Positions 38,524-48,060 of a DNA stretch of 64,000 nt are shown here, piece by piece. Position numbers and translations under genes: made by a program. How positions within the stretch are numbered: position 1 is the first letter of the stretch; every line of letters begins with the position of its first letter. The DNA comes from Minisyncoccota bacterium (GTDB lineage: Bacteria > Patescibacteriota > Minisyncoccia > Phycocordibacterales > JBAZVT01). The DNA lies in the NCBI GenBank assembly GCA_041660745.1, contig JBAZVT010000002.1, positions 15,210-79,209 of the forward strand, written 5' to 3'. The notes beneath the pieces are model-generated. The model was not told the origin of the DNA and did no database searches. It worked only from the letters and a program-made list of their open reading frames with translations.

Positions 38524-39378
38524 ATGAAACTAGAGGTGATTCAACAATACTTGGGAAAGTTTGATCAATATGTGCATAAGGCTGGTGACGCTGAGTTCTG
38601 TTTTGCCAGAGATTTGCAGGGTTTGTTGGGATATACAAAATGGGATAACTTTTTAAATGTTATAGAAAAAGCAAAGATTGCCTGTAAGAATTCCGGTGGT
38701 AGTATTGATGAAAATTTTGCGTTTACCACGAGGCTTGTAGAGATGCCTAATGGTGGAACAAAGGATGCAGAGGATTATTTTCTTTCTAGATACGCATGTT
38801 ATCTTGTTGCACAAAATGGTGACTCGTCAAAAGAGCCGGTTGCTTTTGCAATGAGCTACTTTGCTGTTCAAACGCGAAAACAAGAAATTCTTGAAAAGAA
38901 GATTGAGGAAATTGAAAGGTTGCAGGCAAGAAATAAATTAAGTTTGTCAGAAAAGGAGTTATCTGGCGTTGTATATGAAAGAGGGGTTGATGGTCAAGGT
39001 TTTGCTGTGATTAGAAGTAAGGGAGACCAGGCACTTTTTGGTGGAAAAACTACCGCTGAAATGAAGAATAAGTATAAGGTCTCAAATTCTAGAGCGCTGG
39101 CAGATTTTTTACCTACCATTACAATAAAGGCGAAAGATTTTGCTAATGAAATTACCATTTTTAATGTTAAAAAGAATTCTGGTTTAAGAGGGGTAAATAG
39201 CATTACGAATGAACATGTCAAAAATAATAAAGATGTCCGAGACTTGTTGAAGAAAAGAGATATAATTCCCGAAAATCTCCCTCCTGAAGAAGATATTCAG
39301 AAATTAAGAAGAAGAATTGATTCTCAGGGTAAAAATATTTTAAAAGAAGTGGGTGGTAAAAGAAATGATCGGGGATAA
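38524..39378 (+). CDS. dinD: DNA-damage-inducible protein D (DinD family)
   Basis: LSRYACYLVAQNGDS…FAVQTRKQE closely parallels E. coli DinD LSRYACYLVVQNGDP…FAIQTRRQE. Confidence 0.85.
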   Translation: MKLEVIQQYLGKFDQYVHKAGDAEFCFARDLQGLLGYTKWDNFLNVIEKAKIACKNSGGSIDENFAFTTRLVEMPNGGTKDAEDYFLSRYACYLVAQNGDSSKEPVAFAMSYFAVQTRKQEILEKKIEEIERLQARNKLSLSEKELSGVVYERGVDGQGFAVIRSKGDQALFGGKTTAEMKNKYKVSNSRALADFLPTITIKAKDFANEITIFNVKKNSGLRGVNSITNEHVKNNKDVRDLLKKRDIIPENLPPEEDIQKLRRRIDSQGKNILKEVGGKRNDRG

Positions 39379-39434
39379 AAAAGTGTAATTCATGCTATAA
39401 TTCTTTCATAAGTTTAATAAATAATTCACACACA

Positions 39435-39497
39435 ATGGCAAAAGGAAATAATTCTCAGAAGAAGGACAAGAAGAAGCCAAAGCAAAACAAAAAATAG
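39435..39497 (+). CDS. Lys-rich micro-ORF (20 aa, MAKGNNSQKKDKKKPKQNKK)
   Basis: ATG…TAG immediately followed by strong terminator; no SD. Confidence 0.25.
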   Translation: MAKGNNSQKKDKKKPKQNKK

Positions 39498-39502
39498 TTT
39501 TT

Positions 39503-39530
39503 AAAATCCCCTCTGTGAAGAGGGGATTTT
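39503..39530. terminator. Rho-independent terminator
   Basis: aaaatcccctc-tgtgaag-aggggatttt. Confidence 0.75.
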
Positions 39531-39602
39531 AAATGTGGAGATGTTCATATCTGCCACACATAAATTTTGATAGAATAGATGGTATACATAACTAACAAAA
39601 CC

Positions 39603-39998
39603 ATGAACTCATACAATTGGTATTCGCAGCTTATTAAGCCGACATGGGCGCCACCGAGTTGGATATTTGGTCCAGTGTGGTCTTTCTTGTATATCGTAAT
39701 TGCAGTGTCGTTTGGAAAAGTATTTTTCATGGCGTGGCAAAAACAAGTGACACTACTTGTCCTGTTGCCATTTGTTTTGAATTTAATTTTTAATTTTGCG
39801 TTTACACCGATACAGTTTGGGCTCAAAAATAATATGCTTGCAGCTGTCGACATCGTGCTGGTGCTTGGCACTCTCATCTGGGCGATGATTGCAATATATC
39901 CACACGCACGTTGGATTACGTATGTTCAGATTCCTTATTTGTTGTGGGTTACTTTTGCAACCATTTTGCAATTTACTGTTACGTATTTAAATCGGTAG
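39603..39998 (+). CDS. tspO: TspO/MBR tryptophan-rich sensory protein
   Basis: WYSQLIKPTWAPPSWIFGPVWSFLY signature, 5 TM. Confidence 0.85.
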   Translation: MNSYNWYSQLIKPTWAPPSWIFGPVWSFLYIVIAVSFGKVFFMAWQKQVTLLVLLPFVLNLIFNFAFTPIQFGLKNNMLAAVDIVLVLGTLIWAMIAIYPHARWITYVQIPYLLWVTFATILQFTVTYLNR

Positions 39999-40015
39999 AG
40001 ATAAATTTTAGACAC

Positions 40016-40043
40016 AAAACCACTCGCCTAAGCGAGTGGTTTT
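40016..40043. terminator. Rho-independent terminator
   Basis: aaaaccactcgc-ctaa-gcgagtggtttt. Confidence 0.8.
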
Positions 40044-40052
40044 AGTGGTTGA

Positions 40053-40220
40053 TTGTCATCCTCGCGTATGCGCGTGATTCCGAATACTTGAAGGAATTAC
40101 GAACCGGACTGAACGAAGGTGAAGGAGGTGTGCCCAGAGAATCCGCTAGTATGCGGATATCTGTGGGGATCCAGGGCAAATTAAGTGGGTCTGGATTCCC
40201 ATTTTCATGGGAATGACAGA
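40053..40220. repeat. IR-flanked structured element, copy B (MITE/REP-like)
   Basis: Termini ttgtcatcctcgcg … catgggaatgacaga; multiple internal hairpins; GC-rich. Confidence 0.5.
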
Positions 40221-40236
40221 TGGCAAAGTTTTGTAT

Positions 40237-40920
40237 TTAGAGTCCGAGATTTTTGAGGAACTCTTCGAGTTCCGCGTCTTTGATTACTCTGTGAGAATTT
40301 GGTGCAAGTTTTCCGAGTTTGATATTTATGATTCTCGTACATTCTATATCTTTTACTTCAGCAAAGAGAAGCGAACAAATTTGGCGAATCGGATTCTTGC
40401 TGTCAGTCATAATTATATTAAAAGAAGATTCTTTGAGATTTGTGATTTTACTTCCGGTTACCGATTCTCCATTTTCTAAATTCATACCAGCTTCAACTTT
40501 TTCTTTGAAATTTGGGCGAAGTATACCGTTTACTTTTACGGAGTATTCTTTTTCGTGAGAATGTTTAGGATTGACCATTCTATCAATCGTGCGTCTGTCG
40601 TTTGTAAGGACTACGAGGCCATGGGAATTTTTCTCAAGACCAATGACAGGGAAAACGCCTTTCAGTGATGAGGTACTCAAGATGTCGTTTTCACCTTTGA
40701 GAGTAGGGTCGCTGTTTATGCCGAAGGGTTTGTTGTATGCATAGTAGACAAAGGCTGCGGGTTTTTTGTATGAGCGAACTTCCACAACGTCGGTTTCGTT
40801 GACTTTGTCTCCAAGCACGGCAAATTTCCCGTTTATCGTAACGAGTTTTTTGGAGATGAGTTCATCCGCACCTCTACGAGTGGCGTAATTTTTCAATGCG
40901 AGATATTTGTTGATTCGCAT
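40237..40920 (-). CDS. RsuA/RluB-family pseudouridine synthase with S4 domain
   Basis: S4 motif (MRINKYLALKNYATRRGADELI…VTINGK), LEKNSHGLVVLTNDRR catalytic region. Confidence 0.75.
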   Translation of the reverse strand: MRINKYLALKNYATRRGADELISKKLVTINGKFAVLGDKVNETDVVEVRSYKKPAAFVYYAYNKPFGINSDPTLKGENDILSTSSLKGVFPVIGLEKNSHGLVVLTNDRRTIDRMVNPKHSHEKEYSVKVNGILRPNFKEKVEAGMNLENGESVTGSKITNLKESSFNIIMTDSKNPIRQICSLLFAEVKDIECTRIINIKLGKLAPNSHRVIKDAELEEFLKNLGL

Positions 40921-41056
40921 TGGGAATTCATTTGTTGGAGTTGTGTGGGGGTTGAACTTTTTGATAGTGTTAATAGTATAGCACAAAATTTACAAAAACG
41001 CTAGGGTGTTAATAGAAAACACGATAAACTCATTCTGGTGGTGGTATTATGAATAC

Positions 41057-41581
41057 ATGAAAAAAACACTTATAGTAGCTCTGTCGCTCGTTATTGTTGC
41101 CATACTTGTCGGTTTTATTGTTGTTAGGAATGGTTCTAATGAAAAATTGGAGGGGGTGGTAAATACTGGAGTGAACAACACCTTAAACACTGTAACAAAT
41201 ACCAGCACCGTCCTTAACCTTAGTGGGCAGGGACTTACTAAAGTTCCTGAGTATGTTTTTAGTAGAACGGATTTAGTGGAGTTAAATCTTTCAAACAACT
41301 TGTTGATAGATGCTTTGCCTTCACAGATTGGTAATTTAAAAAAATTAAAAGTGCTAAATTTGAGTAATAACAAGTTTATTGGCGTGCCAGCAGAGGTGGG
41401 ACAGTTGAAAAATTTGGAAGTACTTAATCTTTCAAATAATCAACTCACAGGACTTCCGTTTGAAATTGGAAATTTGTTAAATCTTAAATTATTAGATGTG
41501 TCAGGTAATCAATATTCAGAATCTGACTTTTTAACTATTCAGAAAAATTTACCTCCAACAACAATAATAAAGATTAAGTAA
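41057..41581 (+). CDS. leucine-rich-repeat (LRR) protein with N-terminal TM anchor
   Basis: Five 23-aa LxxLxLSNNxLxxxPxxIGxLKN repeats. Confidence 0.75.
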   Translation: MKKTLIVALSLVIVAILVGFIVVRNGSNEKLEGVVNTGVNNTLNTVTNTSTVLNLSGQGLTKVPEYVFSRTDLVELNLSNNLLIDALPSQIGNLKKLKVLNLSNNKFIGVPAEVGQLKNLEVLNLSNNQLTGLPFEIGNLLNLKLLDVSGNQYSESDFLTIQKNLPPTTIIKIK

Positions 41582-41720
41582 CGGTAGAGATATTATTAAT
41601 TCGTAATTAAAATATTTTTTAAATTTTGGTTGTTCGAACATGTGATTAATGGTTAATTCATTCTGTTTGAATAAAGTCTTAGTGAGTTCGTTGCAATTCT
41701 TATTAGTAACATAAAAATAT

Positions 41721-42083
41721 ATGTCAAAATATGTTGATGGTTTTCTTATTCCAATTTTAGCAAAAAATGTTTCCGCGTATCGTCAAATGGCAAAGGATGC
41801 CGGTAAAGTATGGAAAAAATATGGAGCTCTGGACTTCAAAGAGTGTATCGGAGAGGATTTGAGCCCTAAAGGGGTGTCCTTTACTTTTGCGAAAGCTGTG
41901 AAGTTGAAAAAAGGTGAAAAAATAGTTTTTTCATACATATTGTACAAGTCACGTGCTCATAGAGATCGTGTGAATGCAAAGGTTATGAAAGATAATTCCA
42001 TGAATCAATATGAGGGCAAAGAAATGCCTTTTGATATGAAGCGTATGGTATATGCTGGCTTCGATGTTATTGTGGATGCCTAG
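41721..42083 (+). CDS. DUF1428 family protein
   Basis: MSKYVDGFLIPI…AGKVWKKYGALDFKECIGEDL…YKSRAHRDRVNAKVMKD. Confidence 0.7.
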   Translation: MSKYVDGFLIPILAKNVSAYRQMAKDAGKVWKKYGALDFKECIGEDLSPKGVSFTFAKAVKLKKGEKIVFSYILYKSRAHRDRVNAKVMKDNSMNQYEGKEMPFDMKRMVYAGFDVIVDA

Positions 42084-42169
42084 CTTTACGTGTTTATTGT
42101 AATAAGGGGCAAGATTGATATCTGATATATAGAAATATTTAATTAAAAAAGCGGTATAATATATTCACT

Positions 42170-42733
42170 ATGAATTTTCAATCAAAACATGTAATAATCT
42201 TCGGGGTAATTGTGATGCTTATTATTATCGTCGGCGTGGGTTTCGTGATTTCGTCACGTCCTGAAACACCGAAGACACCAATCCTTTCTTTTGAAGATTG
42301 TGCTCGCGCGTATCCTGTTATGGAAAGTTATCCACGACAATGTAGGACTCCAGATGGAAGGCTGTTTGCCGAGGAGTTACCAGAAAGAATTACGTACACA
42401 AACGCCACTGCGGATATGATTACAGTAGAGTTACCGTTTCCTGGAGCGGTAGTAGGGAAAGAGTTTAGTGTTATTGGAAAAGCACGCGGGACATGGTTTT
42501 TTGAGGCGTCTTTCCCAGTGGAAGTGATAGACGGGGGCGGAAAAACACTTGCTGTAGGTATTGCCCAGGCGCAGGGCGACTGGATGACAGTAAATTTTGT
42601 TCCTTTTAGTGTAAATGTGAAAGTTCCAGAATCCTATATCGGTCCAGCAACGATTATTTTGAAAAAGGATAATCCTTCTGGGCTGTCAGAGTACGATGCT
42701 TCTATTTCATTTCCAATTACTATAGAATACTAA
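42170..42733 (+). CDS. Gmad2 immunoglobulin-like domain protein (TM-anchored)
   Basis: GKARGTWFFEASFPVEVIDGGGKTLAVGIAQAQGDWMT. Confidence 0.6.
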   Translation: MNFQSKHVIIFGVIVMLIIIVGVGFVISSRPETPKTPILSFEDCARAYPVMESYPRQCRTPDGRLFAEELPERITYTNATADMITVELPFPGAVVGKEFSVIGKARGTWFFEASFPVEVIDGGGKTLAVGIAQAQGDWMTVNFVPFSVNVKVPESYIGPATIILKKDNPSGLSEYDASISFPITIEY

Positions 42734-42808
42734 GAAGGAGCTATTGGCACACTATTTACGCCCTAGGCTCTCTTGTTTTTTTGTGGGGGTTGAATGATTT
42801 GAGATTGT

Positions 42809-43312
42809 ATGTCCAGAAGAAAAAAATTCATTATTATTGTGGTATTCTTAACCTGTATTGTTGGATATGGGTCTCTTCATGTTAGAGATAATTTACTTTC
42901 TCCTACAAACAACACAGTGCCGGTAGTCCCTGTATACAACGGCCCACTGGTGCAAGTGGGTATGGTTGAGATACCGGTAGAGGTGGCTTCAAGTTCAGAC
43001 GCGATTATTAAGGGTTTATCAAATCGTGATTTTCTTAAGCCGCAGAAAGGGATGTTCTTTACTTTTTCTCAACCAGCCCGTTACAGGTTTTGGATGAAAG
43101 ATATGAATTTTCCCCTCGATATTTTGTGGATTCGGGAAGGAAGAGTTGTTGATATGCACAAGATGATCCCGGCAGATTTTGACCCACTGAAACCGGTTTT
43201 TTACTCCCCAGATTTCCCAGCTCAATTTGTGCTTGAGGTTAATGCTGGCTTTATTGATACTAACGGAATTAAGGTGGGTGATCCTGTTTTCACTAAGAAT
43301 TTGGATAAATAG
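42809..43312 (+). CDS. DUF192 family protein
   Basis: FPLDILWIREGRVVDMHKMIP…FVLEVNAGF…GDPV. Confidence 0.7.
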   Translation: MSRRKKFIIIVVFLTCIVGYGSLHVRDNLLSPTNNTVPVVPVYNGPLVQVGMVEIPVEVASSSDAIIKGLSNRDFLKPQKGMFFTFSQPARYRFWMKDMNFPLDILWIREGRVVDMHKMIPADFDPLKPVFYSPDFPAQFVLEVNAGFIDTNGIKVGDPVFTKNLDK

Positions 43313-43314
43313 AC

Positions 43315-45495
43315 ATGGAAATACTGAAAGCAAAACATAAGGATAAGGCATGGTGGAATAGATTTGTAAGGGAGAACTATCCGCCCATAGGAGCTTTCAT
43401 GCAGACGTGGGAGTGGGGTAATTTTAAAAAAGGGGAAGGAAGGAAGGTGGAGAGGTTTTATGTCAGAGATCAATCAAAAATAGTCGCTGTTTTTACTCTT
43501 GTTGAATACAAACTTCCGCTCGGGTTTTTATACGGATACGCTCCTCGAGGGCCTGTAGTCGAAAAAAATTATGCGACGGATGGCTTTGTGGCGGTTCTGG
43601 CAAGAGAAATTAGTGTATGGGCAAGAAAGGCTTTTCCAAAACTTTTATTTATAAGACTAGAGCCCCCGTATTCTCACCTAGGATCCGAGCAACGTGGACA
43701 GCACTTTCATATCCCAGACTTTTATATACAACCTCGTCACAACCACGCCGTTCTACTTGATAAACCAGAGGTGGAAATTATTGCCGGTTTTCACTCGTCG
43801 ACACGTTCAAACATACACAGAGCAGAGAACCGCGGAGTGAGAGTCGTTGTTAAAAATCACGGGAAGGAAGACTGCTACAGTCCTTTTCGGAAGATTGGAG
43901 GTGACACCATACAAAGAAATGATGGCAAGAATTTGTATCCATCCGTCAGTTACTTCGAGTCTTTTTTCAAAACTTTTTTACCATTTGAAACGAAACATAA
44001 TCCCGATACTTTAACGGTCGTGACATTTTTTGGATACCAACATGATGATTTGGCTGCGGTGCATTTTGTTCTGTTTTTTGCTGATACCGCCACATATCTA
44101 TATGGCGCATCAAGCACTGCCCATCTACAGTCGAAGGTGACTACGTATCTTCACTGGTCAGCGATGCAAGAGGCAAAAAAACATGGAATGAAGTACTATG
44201 ATCTCGGAGGAATCGATGAAAAACTGTGGCCTTCGCTTACGAAATTTAAGCGGCAATTTAAGGGTGAAGAATTTAATTACATTGGAAATATTGATTTACC
44301 ACTTAGGCCATTCTTGTATAGCATATTTAACAGTATGCAGTGGGCGAGAAAAACATTTCACCACGTACGAGAGACCCAGAATTTACAATCAAAAAAAGTA
44401 TTTGTTGCGGTATTTGTTGTGGTGCTTTTGACGGGTACAACTTTTCTCTCTCATTATTTTTGGGGCGACGATTCTCGAGATCGGCGCGTAGAGACCAGGT
44501 GTCTGGCATATCCTGCTGCATGCTCGATTGCAGCCGCTGCAATTCCTGAAGAGAAAATTTTATCTACGGACTATCATGTTTTTCAAACATTTAATAATTG
44601 TGCTCCCGCAGCCCTATCAATGGCACTCTCATATTATGGAATTCTAGACAGTCAGGAAAAAATTGCTCAGGATCTACGTCCGCATAATAATTCAACCGGT
44701 GACAATGATGATAAATCTACGCCGCCACAGGAATTGGCAGATTATGTAAAACAATACGGGCTCATTCCGTATTTTCGTCCGCATGGTAATGTTGATGTCT
44801 TAAAACAATTTCTTGCAAAAGATATCCCCGTTGTTGTGCGTACGTTGCTCTATGAAGATAAAGATTATGCACACTATCGTGTGATTAAGGGGTATGATGA
44901 CGTTAAACAGGAGTTTATTCAGGATGACTCGCTTGAAGGTAAAAATCTAGCATATTCATACGAGGATTTCCTGTTGCTGTGGAAGCCATTTAACTATGCA
45001 TATCTCGTTTTTGCTACCGCAGAGAACCAAAAAGAAATAGAAGAAATTCTGGGTGAAGATGTTCAGATTTCGACAGCATGGATGAATGCCCGTTTTGATG
45101 CGGAAAAAACATTGAGCTTATCGCCCAGCGATGTGCAGGCACGTTTTAATCTCGCTGTTGCGCTTTATTATCTTGGTGATCATGCTGCCTCGGCTATAGA
45201 GTTTGAGAAGGTAGAACAAAGGCTTTCTGCACATATGTTGTGGTATCAAATAGAGCCTATTGAAAATTATTTTATGCTAAAGAATTACGAAAAAGTATTT
45301 TCTTTGTCCGATTCCATTCTAAATAATAACAACCGTGCATTTTCGGAGCTCTATATATTACGTGGTAAGAGTTATTTGAACTTAGGGAGAAAGGATATGG
45401 CAAAAGGTGAGTTTAAGAAAGCCGTCTACTTTAATACTAATTCGGAGGCTGCTCGAGACGCACTAAACTCTGTTAGTGATGTGAGTGCTAGGTAA
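43315..45495 (+). CDS. FemAB-family peptidyltransferase fused to TM segment, C39-like cysteine peptidase domain and TPR repeats
   Basis: N-terminal FemAB-like ~350 aa; TM ~aa 360; FNNCAPAALSMALSYYG Cys-peptidase motif; C-terminal TPR-like helices. Confidence 0.6.
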   Translation: MEILKAKHKDKAWWNRFVRENYPPIGAFMQTWEWGNFKKGEGRKVERFYVRDQSKIVAVFTLVEYKLPLGFLYGYAPRGPVVEKNYATDGFVAVLAREISVWARKAFPKLLFIRLEPPYSHLGSEQRGQHFHIPDFYIQPRHNHAVLLDKPEVEIIAGFHSSTRSNIHRAENRGVRVVVKNHGKEDCYSPFRKIGGDTIQRNDGKNLYPSVSYFESFFKTFLPFETKHNPDTLTVVTFFGYQHDDLAAVHFVLFFADTATYLYGASSTAHLQSKVTTYLHWSAMQEAKKHGMKYYDLGGIDEKLWPSLTKFKRQFKGEEFNYIGNIDLPLRPFLYSIFNSMQWARKTFHHVRETQNLQSKKVFVAVFVVVLLTGTTFLSHYFWGDDSRDRRVETRCLAYPAACSIAAAAIPEEKILSTDYHVFQTFNNCAPAALSMALSYYGILDSQEKIAQDLRPHNNSTGDNDDKSTPPQELADYVKQYGLIPYFRPHGNVDVLKQFLAKDIPVVVRTLLYEDKDYAHYRVIKGYDDVKQEFIQDDSLEGKNLAYSYEDFLLLWKPFNYAYLVFATAENQKEIEEILGEDVQISTAWMNARFDAEKTLSLSPSDVQARFNLAVALYYLGDHAASAIEFEKVEQRLSAHMLWYQIEPIENYFMLKNYEKVFSLSDSILNNNNRAFSELYILRGKSYLNLGRKDMAKGEFKKAVYFNTNSEAARDALNSVSDVSAR

Positions 45496-45591
45496 TCTAG
45501 TAAGCTTTTTTTCTGTATATCAACCCGAAATCTTCATTTCTGAAATGATAGAATTTTTTGTATTAGTATTTAATAGGTAACATAATTTATC

Positions 45592-46011
45592 ATGAATAAA
45601 ATAATTCATTTTGAAATTCACGCAAAGGATCAAGATAGAATACAAAAGTTTTACGAAGATGCCTTTGGTTGGAAAATAAAAGACTTGGGGCCAGAAATGG
45701 GTCAGTATCGACTAATCGATACTGGGCCAGTGGTGGATACGGGAACAGAGACAATGGGGATAAATGGAGGTATGAGTTTAGTGCCGAGCCATGAACCTGT
45801 AGATGGTCAGTCGGTTAATGCGTTTGTGTGTATTGTCGGTGTGAACGATATTCTGGAGTCTGTTGAAAAAGTTAAAAATGCGGGTGGAATAATAACTGAA
45901 GACGTGATGGACATGCCTACTATCGGCAAACTCGCATACTGCAAAGACCCTGAAGGAAATCTTTTTGGAATAATAGAGCCTGTACCAATGACAGAACAAA
46001 AACAGCCCTAG
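45592..46011 (+). CDS. VOC/glyoxalase-family protein
   Basis: MNKIIHFEIHAKDQDRIQKFYEDAFGW…. Confidence 0.7.
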   Translation: MNKIIHFEIHAKDQDRIQKFYEDAFGWKIKDLGPEMGQYRLIDTGPVVDTGTETMGINGGMSLVPSHEPVDGQSVNAFVCIVGVNDILESVEKVKNAGGIITEDVMDMPTIGKLAYCKDPEGNLFGIIEPVPMTEQKQP

Positions 46012-46027
46012 GGCTGTTTTTGTTCTG

Positions 46028-46510
46028 TCATTTTAAAGCCTCGGCGAGTTTATCAAATGATTCGTTCCAGCCTTGTTTTGTTAAGTCACTCATCTGACCT
46101 TTTGGAACTCCAGCGTGTCGCAAAGACATTTTGGTTTTGTTTCCCTCGATTTCTTCAAAAGTAATAGTTGCTAGTAATTCTAAGGGAAATTTATTCATGC
46201 CATAATAGGATCCTGGGACGACATTACCTTTTTCATCAGCAAAACTATCCGTTACTATGATTTTGCTTGGCGGAACAATTTTTTTATATGTGCCTGTGCT
46301 CCAGTATTCTTTACCATCTGGTCCACGCATACAATATAGGGATTTCCCTCCTATTTTAAAATCATTTTTTATGTGTGGCGCAGTAAAATTTTTTGGTCCA
46401 TGCCATTTTTTGATTATTTCCGGATCTGACCATGCTTTCCATACAACTTCGCGTGGTGCATCAAATTCTCGTGTAATAAAAATTTCGTTTTCGGGTGTTG
46501 TTTTTGGCAT
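46028..46510 (-). CDS. SRPBCC (AHSA1-like) family protein
   Basis: ITREFDAPREVVWKAWSDPE…. Confidence 0.7.
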   Translation of the reverse strand: MPKTTPENEIFITREFDAPREVVWKAWSDPEIIKKWHGPKNFTAPHIKNDFKIGGKSLYCMRGPDGKEYWSTGTYKKIVPPSKIIVTDSFADEKGNVVPGSYYGMNKFPLELLATITFEEIEGNKTKMSLRHAGVPKGQMSDLTKQGWNESFDKLAEALK

Positions 46511-46704
46511 ATGTATAGTTATTAAAAATGCATTGGTAAAGACATCTTCAATTATATGTATGCTAATGAAAAAATGATGGGGTATACTTTCAAAACATTT
46601 TTTTCAAGCATCTTCTCCATGAAGAAAATACGAGCTCTTTCTTGCTATTTTGTCAATAAAAGCATAGACTTCAGTGGAATTAGATAATAACCAATAATAT
46701 ATAC

Positions 46705-47319
46705 ATGGGAAATTTCAATCGCGGAGGTGGAGGAGGTGGTGGATTCGGTGGAAACAGAGGCGGTGGCGGATTTAGTGGTGGACGACCAAGTTTCCAAAAG
46801 AAACCATGGGGTGGAAATGGAGGTGGTGGATTTGATAAACCGATGTTTAAGGCTGTTTGTGGCGAGTGTGATAAGCCTTGTGAGGTTCCTTTCCGTCCAA
46901 CCGGTGAACGCCCAGTGTATTGCAGAGAATGTTTTGCAGCAAATGGAGGTCCAACTGCAGGCAGAACAGACAGTGCTCCACAGAGAAGTTTTCACGGAGC
47001 TCCAGCAAAGCCAAGTTTCGATAATTCTAACAGAGGATCTGGTGAGGTAAAAAGTGGTTCCGATGTGTCCAGGATGATAGAGGCTCTTTCTTCAAAGATT
47101 GATAAGCTTGTACAAGCAGTTGAAGCACTTTCACCAAAGAAACCAACTCAAGAGAAGGTTGTTGCTGTGGAAGTAAAGAAGGCTCCAGTTGCAGAAACAA
47201 AAAAAGAAGATGCTCCTAAAAAGGAACATGCAAAAGGTTTTCTCAAGAAAGAAATTGCAGCAGCGGTTTCTCCAAAGAAAGTCTTAAAGAAAAAGGTTGT
47301 AGCAAAGAAGGGTAAATAA
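46705..47319 (+). CDS. Gly-rich protein with CxxC-x17-CxxC zinc ribbon and Lys-rich tail
   Basis: CGECDKPCEVPFRPTGERPVYCRECF; poly-Gly N-terminus. Confidence 0.6.
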   Translation: MGNFNRGGGGGGGFGGNRGGGGFSGGRPSFQKKPWGGNGGGGFDKPMFKAVCGECDKPCEVPFRPTGERPVYCRECFAANGGPTAGRTDSAPQRSFHGAPAKPSFDNSNRGSGEVKSGSDVSRMIEALSSKIDKLVQAVEALSPKKPTQEKVVAVEVKKAPVAETKKEDAPKKEHAKGFLKKEIAAAVSPKKVLKKKVVAKKGK

Positions 47320-47344
47320 TTTTGTTTTAATATAAAATTTACAA

Positions 47345-47375
47345 AAAACACGGCGGGAGTGCCGTGTTTTTTTGT
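47345..47375. terminator. Rho-independent terminator
   Basis: aaaaacacggc-gggagt-gccgtgttttt. Confidence 0.8.
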
Positions 47376-47424
47376 TGGTTGTTGCTCGATTCTAATTTTG
47401 CTGTTTTTGGTGTAGACTTAAATT

Positions 47425-48051
47425 ATGGATAAAATTACTGATTTAATAAACCTGTTGCAGATTACTCGCAATCAACCTCAGTATGGCTATGCTGTGGCCG
47501 GTAGTAATATAAGACTTAGTAATTTAGCTGAACATCATTATCTCGTGACTATGCTCGGATGGCAGCTTTCTGAATTGGTAAATGGGAAGGGTGCAAAAAT
47601 TGATGTATTCAAAGTGGTAAAATTTTGCCTTCTCCACGATATTGGGGAGTTGTTTGGTGGTGATATTGGCATGTATTATGCAAAAGCAAATCCTCAGGCT
47701 CGTGTGTATGCAAGGCAGTTTGAAGAGGAAAATCAAAAGTTTCTTTCAAAGTATTTCAGCAATTCTGACGAGGTCCAAACATTGGCAAAAGAAATTCTTG
47801 AATCAGAATCAGACGAGGCTCATATTTCTAAAGTTGCTGATTATCTTGAAGTAACTCACTACAAGCTTTTTAATGGTCAACTTAAGAAAAAAGATATTGA
47901 ACTTATCGCCCCGAAACTTGCCGAGAAAATAGAAAAAATACAGGATGTAATTGCTAGAGAGGAATTATTGAAGTTTGTAGACTCTTGGAAAGAAAAGATG
48001 GTGAAGTACGATTCTTTCCTTGATGCATCAACTGACGCTCTTAAGGTCTAA
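47425..48051 (+). CDS. HD-domain phosphohydrolase (YfbR-like)
   Basis: H…HD…E…GD motif (LLHDIGELFGGD). Confidence 0.65.
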   Translation: MDKITDLINLLQITRNQPQYGYAVAGSNIRLSNLAEHHYLVTMLGWQLSELVNGKGAKIDVFKVVKFCLLHDIGELFGGDIGMYYAKANPQARVYARQFEEENQKFLSKYFSNSDEVQTLAKEILESESDEAHISKVADYLEVTHYKLFNGQLKKKDIELIAPKLAEKIEKIQDVIAREELLKFVDSWKEKMVKYDSFLDASTDALKV

Positions 48052-48060
48052 TTATAAAAT

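Noticed and set aside
46645-47050. ORFs 46645-46995(-) and 46727-47050(+) overlapping the Gly-rich CxxC protein gene
   Set aside because: Alternative frames of a low-complexity GGN-repeat region; only the frame with the CxxC-x17-CxxC ribbon is meaningful.
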